A DNA stretch of 48,876 nucleotides from Craspedostauros australis (lineage: Eukaryota): assembly GCA_030167865.1 (NCBI GenBank), contig JALAGF010000378.1, positions 1-48,876 on the forward strand, written 5' to 3'. The notes beneath the pieces are model-generated. The model was given only the letters and a program-made list of their open reading frames with translations. It did no database searches and was not told where the DNA came from. Of the stretch, positions 11,380 through 23,023 are shown one piece after another. The position numbers were made by a program, and so were the translations under genes. Numbering within the stretch: position 1 is the stretch's first letter; the number at the start of each line of letters is the position of its first letter.

Positions 11380-12753
11380 ATGACACGAATAAGGACAGCG
11401 AATCATGCAGCGTTGATGTTGGTTGCCATCGCGGCTGGGTCTTCCATCATCCCCACCGCGACTGCCTTCAGCCTCAGTCCCATCTCCCCCTCTCGTGCGG
11501 GCGCCTTGCATGCCGTCATTGCGGAAGTTCCAACATCGAACGATGGAGATGGAGACGATGCGGCAGCATCCGCCAAGCAGCGGCGTTTCATGTACATGAC
11601 CGCCGAACAGGATCAGCTGCTGGTGGAGAAGGGCGATCACGAAGCCGGCCTCATGACGAAAGTCAAACCATTGGCACCCAACAAGATCAAGGTTCGCATG
11701 TCCTCAGGAGGGTTTGGTGGTGGTGGCGGCGCAGCTTCATCAAAGAGCAAGAAGAAGACCTCCAGCAGCAGTAGTAGACAAACGAAGACGAAGGATAGTG
11801 CCGATGGCAGCGAGAGCAGCTCAGATGCTGCAAAGGAAAGACTTTTGGCAGAAGCAAAGGAACATGCCAAGGCATTGGAAAAAGAAGGCCTCGTGCGCAT
11901 TGACAACATACTGGCGGACGATCTGGCGGATCAGCTCAAGCGGTATCTGGTGGAACTGCGCGCGCGCGCAACAACCCACGTCGAGGATGGCACCGTGCAG
12001 GACAGCCAGGAACGGTTCGCCGACGTCCTCCTCAATCAGAACAGGTGCGATCTCAAGGTCCCCTTCGGCCCGAGCGAGGTGGATAACGCCATGGAGCACA
12101 TCCTCAACCAGAGCGTCATCCGACCGCTGGTCGAGTACGTCTTCGACAAATACGGTGGAGGCGGTCCTCAATCCACGCTCTACGAACTCAATTGCTTCAT
12201 GTCCAACAAGGGTGCCCGTCGTCAGCTCGTGCATTCCGACAATGCCTGCGTGGAGGATCAGGTGGGCCTGCATCCCAAGGAACCCATCATGCTCACTTGC
12301 TTCGTCGCCCTGCAGGATACCGATGCCACCATGGGACCCACAACTTGGATCCCACGCACGCACAACGTCGAATCGCACCGCCTCTTCTACGAGGTGGACA
12401 AGGACCCAACAGCAGCCACCGATGACGACAGTGCCGTTTCCACCAAAGACAAGCTCCTGCAATCCAAGAAGGCGGTCCTCGGCACGCTGCCAAAAGGTGC
12501 CTGCGTCATCTTCGATCCTCGCGTCTTGCATTGCGCCGGTGCCAACAATTGCAAGGATCCCGACGCCACGCGTGCCATGTTCTACTTCTCCTTCAAGAAT
12601 CCACGCGTCGACAACCCTGGCTGTCCTTCCTGCAGCGGCTACGGTCTCGTCAACGCGGACATTCCGATGGAAGCATTGTGCGAGGAATTGCAAGCGCGTG
12701 TGACTGGCCAAGGGATATCGCCGCGGTTGGACATGATCTCGGCGTCTCCGTGA
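11380..12753 (+). CDS. Phytanoyl-CoA dioxygenase (PhyH) family Fe/2OG dioxygenase, probably plastid-targeted
   Basis: LEKEGLVRIDNIL; HxD motif (RQLVHSD); FVALQDTDATMGPTTWIPRTH; distal His in VLHCAGAN; 2OG-binding R in TRAMFY. Signal peptide cleaved at ATA-FSL, then an S/P-rich transit peptide. Confidence 0.85.
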   Translation: MTRIRTANHAALMLVAIAAGSSIIPTATAFSLSPISPSRAGALHAVIAEVPTSNDGDGDDAAASAKQRRFMYMTAEQDQLLVEKGDHEAGLMTKVKPLAPNKIKVRMSSGGFGGGGGAASSKSKKKTSSSSSRQTKTKDSADGSESSSDAAKERLLAEAKEHAKALEKEGLVRIDNILADDLADQLKRYLVELRARATTHVEDGTVQDSQERFADVLLNQNRCDLKVPFGPSEVDNAMEHILNQSVIRPLVEYVFDKYGGGGPQSTLYELNCFMSNKGARRQLVHSDNACVEDQVGLHPKEPIMLTCFVALQDTDATMGPTTWIPRTHNVESHRLFYEVDKDPTAATDDDSAVSTKDKLLQSKKAVLGTLPKGACVIFDPRVLHCAGANNCKDPDATRAMFYFSFKNPRVDNPGCPSCSGYGLVNADIPMEALCEELQARVTGQGISPRLDMISASP

Positions 12754-14111
12754 AAGTGAGCAGGTTGGCATGCATGCATACATGCATACACAGAGAGACA
12801 GAGATGGAGTGTGACAAAGAGACGGAGAAACAAACAGCGGACTGGGCATTCAATCAGATTGGTGCACATTTGCGCATGCAACGAACGTTAGAAAGCAAGC
12901 AGAGTACTCGTATGTACGCAGAAGAGAGTCGGAAGGATCAGCCGGTGTATCTCATATAATACGCATTAAAGTAGGTATTGTACTCATCCTTATACTTGTT
13001 CTTGTACTCAGCAGGATTACTCTGCATCCAATTTGCCCTACCATACTTTCCAGTTTCACACGTACCATACGACTACAAAGCCAGCCAAGAGTCTATGATC
13101 AGCCCAACTTCATCGTCGCGTGCACAATAGAGTAGCACGACTCTGATCCGGTAGAGTGACCTCATGAGCGACCCACCGTGACCAGCTTGGAGCCGACCAT
13201 TCCTCCGGATTCATGATCTCTCGCCCCCGCACATCACATCACATCGCGGCGCACCACACACGACGGCGGAACGATCCACGATTTTCGTCTGGTTTCCAAA
13301 TTCACCCAATTGTCGTGCGCGGATGGGATTTGCCCACACGATCCGCAATCTTGTTCTGTTCAACCATTTTGTTGGCGCATTCATGTGCATGAAGTGAGAG
13401 CGACATTTGGAAGTTGTTTTACTTATGGTTCATTGTTCTTTGGATGTCTGCACATCATTTACTTTTAATCCCACCTGATTACTATTATATTTGTCGTAGT
13501 AACTGTCTGGACGTTAAATTGACAACATTTTCGTCACAAAATAAAAAATTGTGCCACAACTTTGTGACACCATCCGCTCACCGCAACAAACAAGAATGAT
13601 CCTTCCACCAGTGGACGAAATGCCAGGCTGGGTGTTTCCGAATGCCGATTTGGCGGTGGTGGCAATCGCAATGGGAGGCAGCAACAGCGGCGATAGCAAC
13701 AGAGGCTGATCTGTGAGAACGGGGACAGTATTCGCATTCATTGGTGCATGCAGTGGTCAATGGGATTCCACCATACTCGTACCGTACCATACGCAGTCCT
13801 GCCCAAGTTCAGAGGCAAAGTCACAGACGAAGACAGAAAGACAGAACGACAGAACGAGAGAGAGAGAGCCAACAAAGCAAGCAGCCGCATCTCCAGCTGC
13901 GCATTTGTGCATTCCACAGCACTCTCGTGAACAGCATTGACGGTCATACCAACGAGTACATAGCACAGCTTTGCAAGATAATACCACACCACACCATATG
14001 ACACGACAAACATTCACAATGGCGAGCAAAACGGCGAACGCGATGACGGAACGATGCATACGACGGAATCGAAGTCGATTTCAGCATCCACGAATAACTG
14101 CATTCGCCCCG

Positions 14112-17100
14112 ATGATGCTGCTACAGACGTTGCTGCTGCTATCGCATATGAGATGCATACAAGGCCGTCATGCCTTCCCCAACATGCATCGCACACACGA
14201 AAGATGGCACATCGACGAGAACGATGCCACGACAGAACGATTCCACAGCCATTCGCAGAGTCGGCAGCGGCAGGATTATTACGTCGAGAAGGAGAGCAAC
14301 GCATCACGTCAGTTGAAGAGCGATTCGAGCAACTATCGACTACGGAGCAACGACGATGTGCAGATTACTATTGGCATTGCGAACGTGGGGAAAGGGAGAG
14401 AAGAAGAGACGGCCAATGGAAAAGGCAAAGGCAAAGGCAAAGGGAAGGGATCGCAAGATTCTTCGTCACTGACAGATTCGTCGTCATCGCCACGACCAAA
14501 AGCAGGGGGTGTAATATCACGACCATCAAAAGGTGGCAAATCAGGGACATCGCCTTCATCGTTGTTGTCACCGTCATCATCTGGATCACAGTCAAAGGGG
14601 TCGAAGTCGTCGCGGACACCATCGCAGTCAAGTCCGACAAAAAGCGACAAATCCTCAGTCAAGACGGGCAAATCGAGAACTTCCAAGATGAATTCGAACT
14701 CCTTCAAAACAGATCCGCCGACGATGATCGTCATGATGCCGACAATGTCCTCGTCGGGAGATGGTGGCACGAGACCGCCGATCATCTTTTCGCCGAAGCC
14801 AACGCCCTCCATGCCGCAACCAACGATGGTACCGCAGCAACCGTCACAAAGCCCCATGAGCCCCACAACGCAGACACCGGTGACCCAATCGCCGGTTGCC
14901 ACAACGTCACCTAATCTACAGCCAACCACGCCATCGCCCAACGCCATGCAACCCACGATATCCCCGACCACACCGACGGATGCGCCGACACAGTCACCGG
15001 ATGTAGGGACACCAACAACAACCGCGCCCAATATTCCACCGACCGTTACCATGATGCCTGCATCGACACCCACATTCGCACCTGGCACAAGATGCGCGGT
15101 GGGAGATGACGGTAGCTTCGGTTCGCAGGAAGGCGCGTCCTTGGTGACAGACTTTGCGTACGAAACCACCGTCACACCCAGCGTGACCGTGGAAATGCTG
15201 AATGATGATATCCTAGGCGATGTCGAGGACCTCATGGCCGGATTTATCTTGGAAGAATTGTTTACGGAATGCGACAATGAGGGGGTACGATCCATATTTG
15301 ATGTCCAGATCTCGCCAACGCAACGGCGTCCTCGTCAACATTCGAACACGGGCTCTCGTCAGTTGCAAGCAGACAAGTTGGACGGCTGGAACACCATGCC
15401 GCAGGATACAGTCATTGATGGCGGTAAGTTGTGCTTCATCGGCTTGCTGAAATGAATGTACAAAGTTGAGATGCACACATTTATGATGGACACATGCATG
15501 CATATGTGGAGCAGTGAATGCGGTGCGCTGTTGGCCGTGGAGCAACAATCAGCCCACTTGCCCGTTCACACATTCTCGCCGATTGTGCATGCATGATTTC
15601 TCGATTTCAAACAAATGTTGATGTTGACACTGACGTTCCCAATCCTTTTCTGCCCCTCCAACACTTTTGTGGTGCTACACATGTTCTTGCTAACCTTCTG
15701 GAAATTCTTGTATACTCTACTCTACACCAAATTCACAACAGTCGAATGCTCCACGCAATCCAATTTCCCGTGTTTCGTGATTCGCGGTCGAGTGACATCG
15801 TACAGTGATGGCGCGATCGACCCAACTTTGGATGAGGATGTCAGGAACGCCGTGAGAATGGCCTTCGACGATGGCGACTTGCAAACCGTCAATGCTGGAT
15901 TGCTGGATGTGTCGTACCGAGATACCGATCTATTCCCCATCCCAGGCGAGGATAGCAGCCCTGCACCGACCATGACAGCAGCACCAACGTCAGCTCCGAC
16001 ACGGCCACCATCTGATCCCACTATTCGGACTTCTGGAACTGATGACGGCCCTGCGTTGGAGCCATGGATGATCGCCCTCATCTCAATTGCTGGAGCATTC
16101 GTGCTTTGCTTGGGATACCTCTGCGTCCGCACGCCAAGCCACCGAATTCTGACAGCAAGCGATGATGAAGATGATGGCTCGTCCTCTGGTTCATCAGATG
16201 ACAGTTCCAACAGCGGGTCACGTCAAAGCCAAGAAAATGAATTCGAACCGCCACGGATGCCAATTTTTCGACCACCAATCACTCGTCCGGAAGAAGGGAA
16301 CAATGGCGAAAGCAACAATGATGAAGGCAGCAACAACGACAATGACGGTGATCGTGGGGACGACGACAGCAACAACGGCAATGACAACAACGGTGATGAC
16401 AACGTACAGAACGACCCTCAAGACGGTTTTGCTGACAACGGTAACAACAATATCATGATCGCTTTGAGCACGGAAACCGAAGACGACCCATCATCATCGT
16501 CGTCTTCCTCTTCTTCGAGCGGAGATGGCGAACCAGAAGATGATGACAACGACAACACGTACAGCAATATCGACGATGCGTTTGGGTTGCACCAGGCCAC
16601 CAGCACTCGCAGCATGGATGCCGAAGGCAAGTACTTCAGCGACCATGGCGATCAAGGCGAGAACGAGAGCACCTTGACACCTGCCGAAGCCTTCGGTGAA
16701 GCATTCAGCGACAAGCAAAGCGTGGAGGCACCGGCGATGGTGCAAAGCTTCGGTGGTGATAGCAGTAGCGGCAGCGGCAGCAGTTTCGGAAGCCGTAGCC
16801 GCAGTAGCAGAAGCAGTGGTTCCGGAAGTCGCAGTCGCAGCAGCAGAAGCAGCAGCATGTCCGGCAGTCGCAGCGGTTCGGGAAGTTACTCGAGCGGATC
16901 ACGCAGTGGATCACACAGTGGATCGCACAGTGGTTCACGCAGCGGAACCTACGGCAGCAGCGTAAGCATGAGCTTGAACAAGGAAAAACAGGATGGACCT
17001 TCGCCGTTGGCTGCCGCTGCGGACACCGAATCAGCCGGCTCTTTCGATTCCAGTGACGCCGGCCGACCGGCAGGCTCTGCTGGCCCACCCGTGGTCACGG

Positions 17101-17498
17101 CGGAAGGGTCCATCTCGCTGCGCGACGAGCAGGTGTCCTTGACGCTCGACGATAACCAACGGGAAGAACCGAGTCAGCTGAGCTTCAGTGCCTTCGACTC
17201 GCCACGACCGCAGATGGCCGAGCTTCTCGCCAACAGCAGCGGGTCTTCTAGCAAGGAGCCGGAAACGTCGTATTCGGAGGAGACCGCTTCGTCGGGGGAA
17301 TACGATGACGAGTACGAAATCGAGTACGTGGAGGATGAGATTGAAGAGGTGGAAGACGAAGAGGAAGAAACGGAGGAGGTCTTCTGGGATGAACATGTCG
17401 AAGAACTGAATGACAACGGCGGCGGTGATGGCGGCGATCAGCAAGATGGTCCAAACATGCCATGGATGCAAACGAACAGAAGCGCGGGGTCGCTATAG
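14112..17498 (+). CDS. Type I single-pass membrane protein with signal peptide, RXL sites, K/S/G-rich silaffin-like region, P/T-rich stalk, Cys-containing globular domain, TM helix and long acidic/Ser-rich tail; exons 14112-15423, 15742-17498; ~1022 aa (start could be 14019 or 13998)
   Basis: Signal-like MMLLQTLLLLSHMRCIQG; TM WMIALISIAGAFVLCLGYLCV. The intron G|GTAAGT (15424)...ACAACAG| (15741) joins G+TC = Val and fuses the two long ORFs. Confidence 0.8.
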
Positions 17499-18013
17499 TT
17501 CGGAGGCACGAAGAGGAGTACTACGCGTATTGTGCAACAGGCTTCGGTACTCTATGAGGGTACGTATCCGGTTCTATTCAATGTGGCTGTGGATAACAAT
17601 TTGATGAAGGTGAAGATGGAGCATGAAGCATGGATGGGTGGCAAATGCTCTGGGAAAGAGACTGTCACAAGGAGCAACACTTCTTGCGGCAGAGAGAGAA
17701 CTGCTCTGTTGTCGAGAATTGACGATGCTCTCGACGCAGCTGTCACAAGGGGGTAGCAAGGAACCACTACATTTAGAGAATCGGGGACGCAATATGTTAT
17801 GGCCAACGAAGTTGCCAGAGTAGGATATCTGTAAGATTGTAAATGTAATCAGATGTACTCCTGCTATTGTTAGAGAGTGCAAGAGTACGCTCGTGACGTG
17901 GCATGCCATGATACTCGTTCTGTTATTCTGATGATGCCGTTCATCCTCGCGACGCCAGCAGTGTGAGAAGTGCCGGCCCTCTTGTCTTCGGCCTCGTCCT
18001 CCATCTCATGGTC

Positions 18014-18424
18014 CTACTTCTTGCTTGCATGATCAATGACATCCTTCATGCCCTTCCAAAATTGGGCTATGCGCTCCTTCACGGCCTGGCCCGCATAGTC
18101 TATGGCATCCTTCCTATGGTTCGCTCTCTTTTCCAAGCTGTCGTCAACCAGGAGTTTGATGGTGCCGCCACCAATGCCAGCAACGATCAACACTTGCTTT
18201 GCCAGCACAAAGTCGTCTTGAGTCACGATCTTAAATGTACTTGGCCGATCACCCTTTGGACTTGCACCCCTAGCAGCAGCATCTGTCCCAAACCCACGGC
18301 GAATGGGGGCGGCGGCACGGCCTGGGATGCGCGTCATCTTTTGGGTGTGACAACCAGCATAGGAGGCAGTAGCTGAGCTGATGCTGCGAATACCATGTCC
18401 AAATGTCGTACGAATGAACTTCAT
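18014..18424 (-). CDS. Small hypothetical protein (136 aa), possibly mitochondrial with one hydrophobic segment
   Basis: ATG at 18424. The R/S/T-rich, acid-free N-terminus (MKFIRTTFGHGIRSISSATAS...) resembles a mitochondrial presequence. Hydrophobic stretch VLIVAGIGGGTIKLLV. Confidence 0.45.
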   Translation of the reverse strand: MKFIRTTFGHGIRSISSATASYAGCHTQKMTRIPGRAAAPIRRGFGTDAAARGASPKGDRPSTFKIVTQDDFVLAKQVLIVAGIGGGTIKLLVDDSLEKRANHRKDAIDYAGQAVKERIAQFWKGMKDVIDHASKK

Positions 18425-19340
18425 GTTGGCCGTTTGTAACTTTGACTTTGACTTTGAACGTGACTTCGAACATGACTTTGAACGTGAGTGATTGCGAGAG
18501 TGATTGTGATTGTGGTGGTGACCATCAATGCTTGCTGCGGATGCTGCTAGGATGTTACTAGCATGCTGCAACAGGAGGCACTGTCGCGGACCACGTTTGG
18601 CTTTGGGCGAGTGATTGTTGTGGAACGGTTTCGTTTTCCTTAGCAAGGTGAGGTTTACTTGCAACTTGTGAGATTCGCCACGCTCCGTTGCCATTTGCTG
18701 TCGTCGTTCGATCCTCTTCCCAGAGAGAGTACCGTGGAGAAATTACAACTGATACTGCACGAATTGCCTCACGGTGCGTAGGCATTCACGTATCCATCTT
18801 TCCGCATACTATTCTATGACGAGTAGGGAGGAATAGATGGGACAATTCATCCGATCTATCTATCCCATCCATCCCCCCTTGGTTGTCGTGTGCGCTTGCT
18901 TGTGGCGTTCCGCCCCAGCTTTCGGTTCCGAAAACACGAAAGTTGTTGCGAAAATGTGAGCACCCTCATCCTCTCACAGAGAACATGATCTACTCGCGAC
19001 AGGAACCACCATGATTGGGGAAAGCACGGAGCAAATGAGGAGCACCCAGTCTCCTCTGCGCATAGACGATGAGAGCGTTGCGTGTGTTTGGTTTCTGAAA
19101 TGAGATGAGATGAATGAAAGTACGCGCAGAGAGTATGATACTAGTATGACAGAGTATATATGGTGGAGTACTAATATGGAACGCTGTCCCATACGACTGC
19201 GACTACAAGTAGAGTATTATTGCACGTTTGAAGGCCCACCAGAGTGCTCGCAGAGTGAAGTACGCGCACGCGCATCCACGATAATCCGGAGTACGATCGT
19301 ACTCAACTGCATTCGCTGAACGCTCGCCCAGCCCAAAGCG

Positions 19341-20960
19341 TCAGTATCTCTTGATCTTCTTGGATTGCTTGGATGTGAAAGTCTGATAGTCCAGTTCCAG
19401 GTAGTACGTCTCCTTGATGGCTTGTCCCGTGTTCGGGTCCGCGATCTTCTGCTCGTGCATCTTGACCCTGTACGATTGCTGGTCGGGCACCGGATTGTGT
19501 TGATCCTCGAAGAACTGCCGTACCCTCTCCCTATCCTCGCTGGACAATCGATTTGATCGATTTTCCAGCATGATCTTCCACTCGCTCTGAGCACCGTGCT
19601 GGGGCGATGCTGATTGTGGCTCCTCTTGTTGCAGGGCGAACAGATGGCCAGTTGACGTTCCATCAGTAGCCGCGCCGCCACCATCGCCAGCACTTGCAGG
19701 AGCCACGACGTTGCCGTCTTCGCTCTGCGACTTCGCCACCGCCGATTTCTTGCTCGCATTCTGGAGGAGGCCGCTTTGCTGGGCTGCATCCAGGATCCTG
19801 CGCTTCTTGGACTTTGCCTTGTCCGGCATCTCATCACGCTGCTGCTGCTCCTTATTCAACGCGCCCACTTCGGAGACGTCGATCATCTTCATCTTCGATT
19901 TCGCACTGATGGTCCTCCCTCTCTGGGTGGTGCCACGCATCGTCTTCTGAGCACCTCCGATGGACCGTTGTCCCATGCGACCCTTCGACAGCAAGGACCT
20001 CGCGGCACCCGCTTTGCGCGTGTGCAAGCCAGGCTTGCCCATCGCGGCTGGTCCCCGATTCGCAACAGGCTTCCTGGATGGCATGAACAGCGACGAGCCC
20101 TTGGTCGACGATCCAAGTCTCGACGACGCAACCGCCGTCCTGCTCTTGGTCTTGGACATAGTGCGAGAACCCGGCAAGGCGGCGCCTCCTTTTGCTGCTG
20201 CCGTCCTTCGTTTCATGGCCGCGGCGGACGAGGACATGGTCCTGGACGTTAGCTTGGATCCCATCCTGCTGCTGCTGCCGTTGCTGCTGCTCGTGACTCC
20301 GCGTTGCGGAAGGTTCTTCTGCTGATGCAGGTCTTCCTTGGCGCGTTGCTCCTCCAGCTTTTCATCCAAGTGCAGTATGCTGGCGGCGTTGTTGACGTTG
20401 AAATGCGGGTTGTTGTCCACCGGTATCAGATTCCTGAGATGGCCCGGACCCAGCAAGCCGTAATAGGTGGGCGCGAAGTGTGGATTCAGATCGGGCGGCT
20501 GCTTCTCCGGCGCCTCCTCCATGAACTGCTCGATCTGCTCCAACACCTCCGACGACGTCTTCTGCAGGAGGCCTTGCGCCTCCTCCCCAAACAGCGATGC
20601 CGGCTGCGCATCCGACGCTGGGTCCTGCAGCATCATCCCCTGGATCAATCCAGCCACGATGCGGACCCATTCCTCGTGGTCGTCCGTGTTCTGCGCCTGC
20701 TGCAGCAGCGCCTGTATGCTCTCATCCGTCTGCTCCGAATGCTGCAACCCCAGCATGCCGACCAGTATCCTCAGCTGGATGACCTTGTCCGGTCGCGCGA
20801 AGACCTGCGAGATCAGGCCCAGGTACTGCTTGGGCGTGTGCGATCCGCGCAGCACGGCGGTCTGGATGGCCTTGGCCAGATCCAGCGAGGAGAACGGCCC
20901 CCTCAGCTTGGACTCCACCCCCGTGAGGAATAGATCCAGATCTTCTCCGCTTTCCGTCAT
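19341..20960 (-). CDS. NELFA: Negative elongation factor A (NELF-A)-like protein, intronless, 539 aa
   Basis: N-domain KVIQLRILVGMLGL...DDHEEWVRIVAGLI; central KMKMIDVSEV; C-domain SNRLSSEDRERVRQFF...NP...KETYYLELDYQTFTSKQSKKIK. All three parallel recalled human NELF-A segments (KLKLLLGTLHL...DPWVLMVADIL; VKLLDISEL; ANKVTRPEKALILGFM...FEMNYATGQWTRFKK). Confidence 0.75.
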   Translation of the reverse strand: MTESGEDLDLFLTGVESKLRGPFSSLDLAKAIQTAVLRGSHTPKQYLGLISQVFARPDKVIQLRILVGMLGLQHSEQTDESIQALLQQAQNTDDHEEWVRIVAGLIQGMMLQDPASDAQPASLFGEEAQGLLQKTSSEVLEQIEQFMEEAPEKQPPDLNPHFAPTYYGLLGPGHLRNLIPVDNNPHFNVNNAASILHLDEKLEEQRAKEDLHQQKNLPQRGVTSSSNGSSSRMGSKLTSRTMSSSAAAMKRRTAAAKGGAALPGSRTMSKTKSRTAVASSRLGSSTKGSSLFMPSRKPVANRGPAAMGKPGLHTRKAGAARSLLSKGRMGQRSIGGAQKTMRGTTQRGRTISAKSKMKMIDVSEVGALNKEQQQRDEMPDKAKSKKRRILDAAQQSGLLQNASKKSAVAKSQSEDGNVVAPASAGDGGGAATDGTSTGHLFALQQEEPQSASPQHGAQSEWKIMLENRSNRLSSEDRERVRQFFEDQHNPVPDQQSYRVKMHEQKIADPNTGQAIKETYYLELDYQTFTSKQSKKIKRY

Positions 20961-21556
20961 GCTGCCGTTGTCGTTCTGTGGGTGATGAGACGTGTACGAG
21001 CTTCGTGCGTGAGCTTGAGCTTGAGCTTGAGACGATTGATATGGAACGCCTGCGGGTGCTGACTCCTACGCGTATTGCTCCCTCTCGAACGAACGAACGA
21101 GGTTTGTGTGTGTAGAGTGCACAAGTGCTGGTACTCTGGTGTGTATCCAACTTGATTGCGGAGTTGGTCGGCACAACGCGCGCGTTTCGATGCAGATGAA
21201 CGGCACAACAACGAACATCTCCGCCATGGTCGATCCTTTGTGTTTCGTTGTGTCAGATCGACTCATTCGACCAAGATTGGATTTCGTGGACCTACTCGGG
21301 AACAAATAATAATCCGTGACTGAAGTCGGTATGGTATCTTGATCGCGTCCACAATCGCCGAACACACATCAATGGATCGGGAAGAGGGGGAGGGGAAGCC
21401 CCTTCACAGCACTGTCCTTCGTTGGGTATAGTGCATCCTCTGAAGATGTCCTACTCTACATGATCCACCTAACACTCGCCGCCCTCATCCGCATGCATCA
21501 TATACCAGCTCGTACAAGCCATACTCATACTCGTCCCCCCGCAGCCCCGAACTGCA

Positions 21557-23023
21557 ATGAAGAAGCTGCTCGTCGTTTCGAGGTACAACGCCGCATCGTG
21601 GAACATTATCGACAGCGTGGACGGCACGAAGTTGCCGGAAATTAGCTCCGTCGAGACGCGCAATGATGGGTTCGATGACTTCAACCATCCGCGGATCCGC
21701 AGAGCCTGCATCCTGCATCGCCTGGATGAGATGCTGCAATCCAGGGTGTCGTTTCAAGTCCCCTCCGGCGGAGCGGCAGCCGATCTGAGCATGCTGGCGG
21801 ACAACGACGTCTGCGATGCGTCACTGGTGGAGTTCCTGTCGACGGCGTGGGATCGGTGGGATCGGTTGGGGACGGCAGGGCAGGATCCTGCGAGTTCCTT
21901 GCATTGGTTGGAGTCTGAAGAAGAAGACAGCGACAATGGCAGCGATCATGACAACACCAATGACCGCGGTAGCAGCAGCAACGAGAATGATGGGGGCGCA
22001 GCTTCGCAAAGCAAACGCCGGTCCAAGTCCAAGCCGTTGATTCCGGGCAACACGCCATTGCCGCGAGATCCGTTCCAACGACCGTCTCAAGGTGTCATGG
22101 GTCAGATGGGATACTACTGCACGGACACATTCACGCCCGTCTTTCGAGAATTGAAGGAAGAGCTGCTGTGGGATGCGGCGACTATTCAGGCTGCAGTGGA
22201 AGGAGCGATAGCATCAGCATCCAGCGATGCCGGAGACGTCGGAGACGACCCAAATGAGATGTCATCGTTGATGTTTCGTGGAGTGTACGCTCTGTGCACG
22301 CACCCTGGTCATCACGCGGCGTATCAGTCCTTCGGTGGGTACTGCTACGTGAACAACGCTGCATTGGCAGCACGGCTTCTGCAAAAGAAGCTGGCCACAA
22401 ACAACGGCAGCACCGATGGCAGCACCAACAGTGAAGATGAGAAAAAGTGCAGGGTGGCGATCATCGATGTGGACTACCACTGCGGCAATGGTACGGCATC
22501 CATCTTCTACCGCGATGCATCAATCTTGATGGTATCCATTCACTGTCATCCGGATCATGAATACCCATTCCACAGTGGCTTTGCCGATCAAACGGGAGCG
22601 GACGAAGGCGTTGGCGCGACGATGCACATCCCTTTGATGCCGGGCGCTGCGTGGTCCACAACCTACGAGGCGGCGCTACAATTGGCGTTGGACAAGGCGC
22701 TCAATGAGTTCGAAGCGCAGGGTCTGATCTTATCCTTGGGTTTGGACACGTACAATCAGGACCCCTGCAGCACCCGCCGGGCTGGATTTGCGTTGGAAGG
22801 CCGGGATTATCACGAGCTTGGCAAGTGCGTGGCTGTTGCAGTCACCAAAGCAATGCAGGAACGGCAAAGCCGCGGCAGTGAGGATGGTAGTGACAATGAC
22901 AACGACAATCACAACACCAACCAGAGTAGTATTCCCGTCATTTGGACGCAGGAGGGCGGATACTTCATGGAGAAGGTGCCGCAAGCAGTTGGAGATCTCT
23001 TTGATGGATTCTTGTCATGCTGA
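21557..23023 (+). CDS. Zn-dependent HDAC-fold deacetylase, acetylpolyamine amidohydrolase (APAH)-like; intronless
   Basis: GQMGYYCTDTFTP; LCTHPGHHA..FGGYCYVNNAA; AIIDVDYHCGNGT; SIH.HPDHEYPFHSGFADQTG; LSLGLDTYNQDP; QEGGY. The Zn ligands (D, H, D), His dyad and catalytic Tyr are intact. Confidence 0.85.
   Translation: MKKLLVVSRYNAASWNIIDSVDGTKLPEISSVETRNDGFDDFNHPRIRRACILHRLDEMLQSRVSFQVPSGGAAADLSMLADNDVCDASLVEFLSTAWDRWDRLGTAGQDPASSLHWLESEEEDSDNGSDHDNTNDRGSSSNENDGGAASQSKRRSKSKPLIPGNTPLPRDPFQRPSQGVMGQMGYYCTDTFTPVFRELKEELLWDAATIQAAVEGAIASASSDAGDVGDDPNEMSSLMFRGVYALCTHPGHHAAYQSFGGYCYVNNAALAARLLQKKLATNNGSTDGSTNSEDEKKCRVAIIDVDYHCGNGTASIFYRDASILMVSIHCHPDHEYPFHSGFADQTGADEGVGATMHIPLMPGAAWSTTYEAALQLALDKALNEFEAQGLILSLGLDTYNQDPCSTRRAGFALEGRDYHELGKCVAVAVTKAMQERQSRGSEDGSDNDNDNHNTNQSSIPVIWTQEGGYFMEKVPQAVGDLFDGFLSC

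Noticed and set aside
12960-13970. 1-kb intergenic gap scanned for tRNA, snRNA or MITE structure
   Set aside because: I recognised no cloverleaf, Sm site or terminal inverted repeats by eye. An Infernal/Rfam scan would be needed to exclude them fully.
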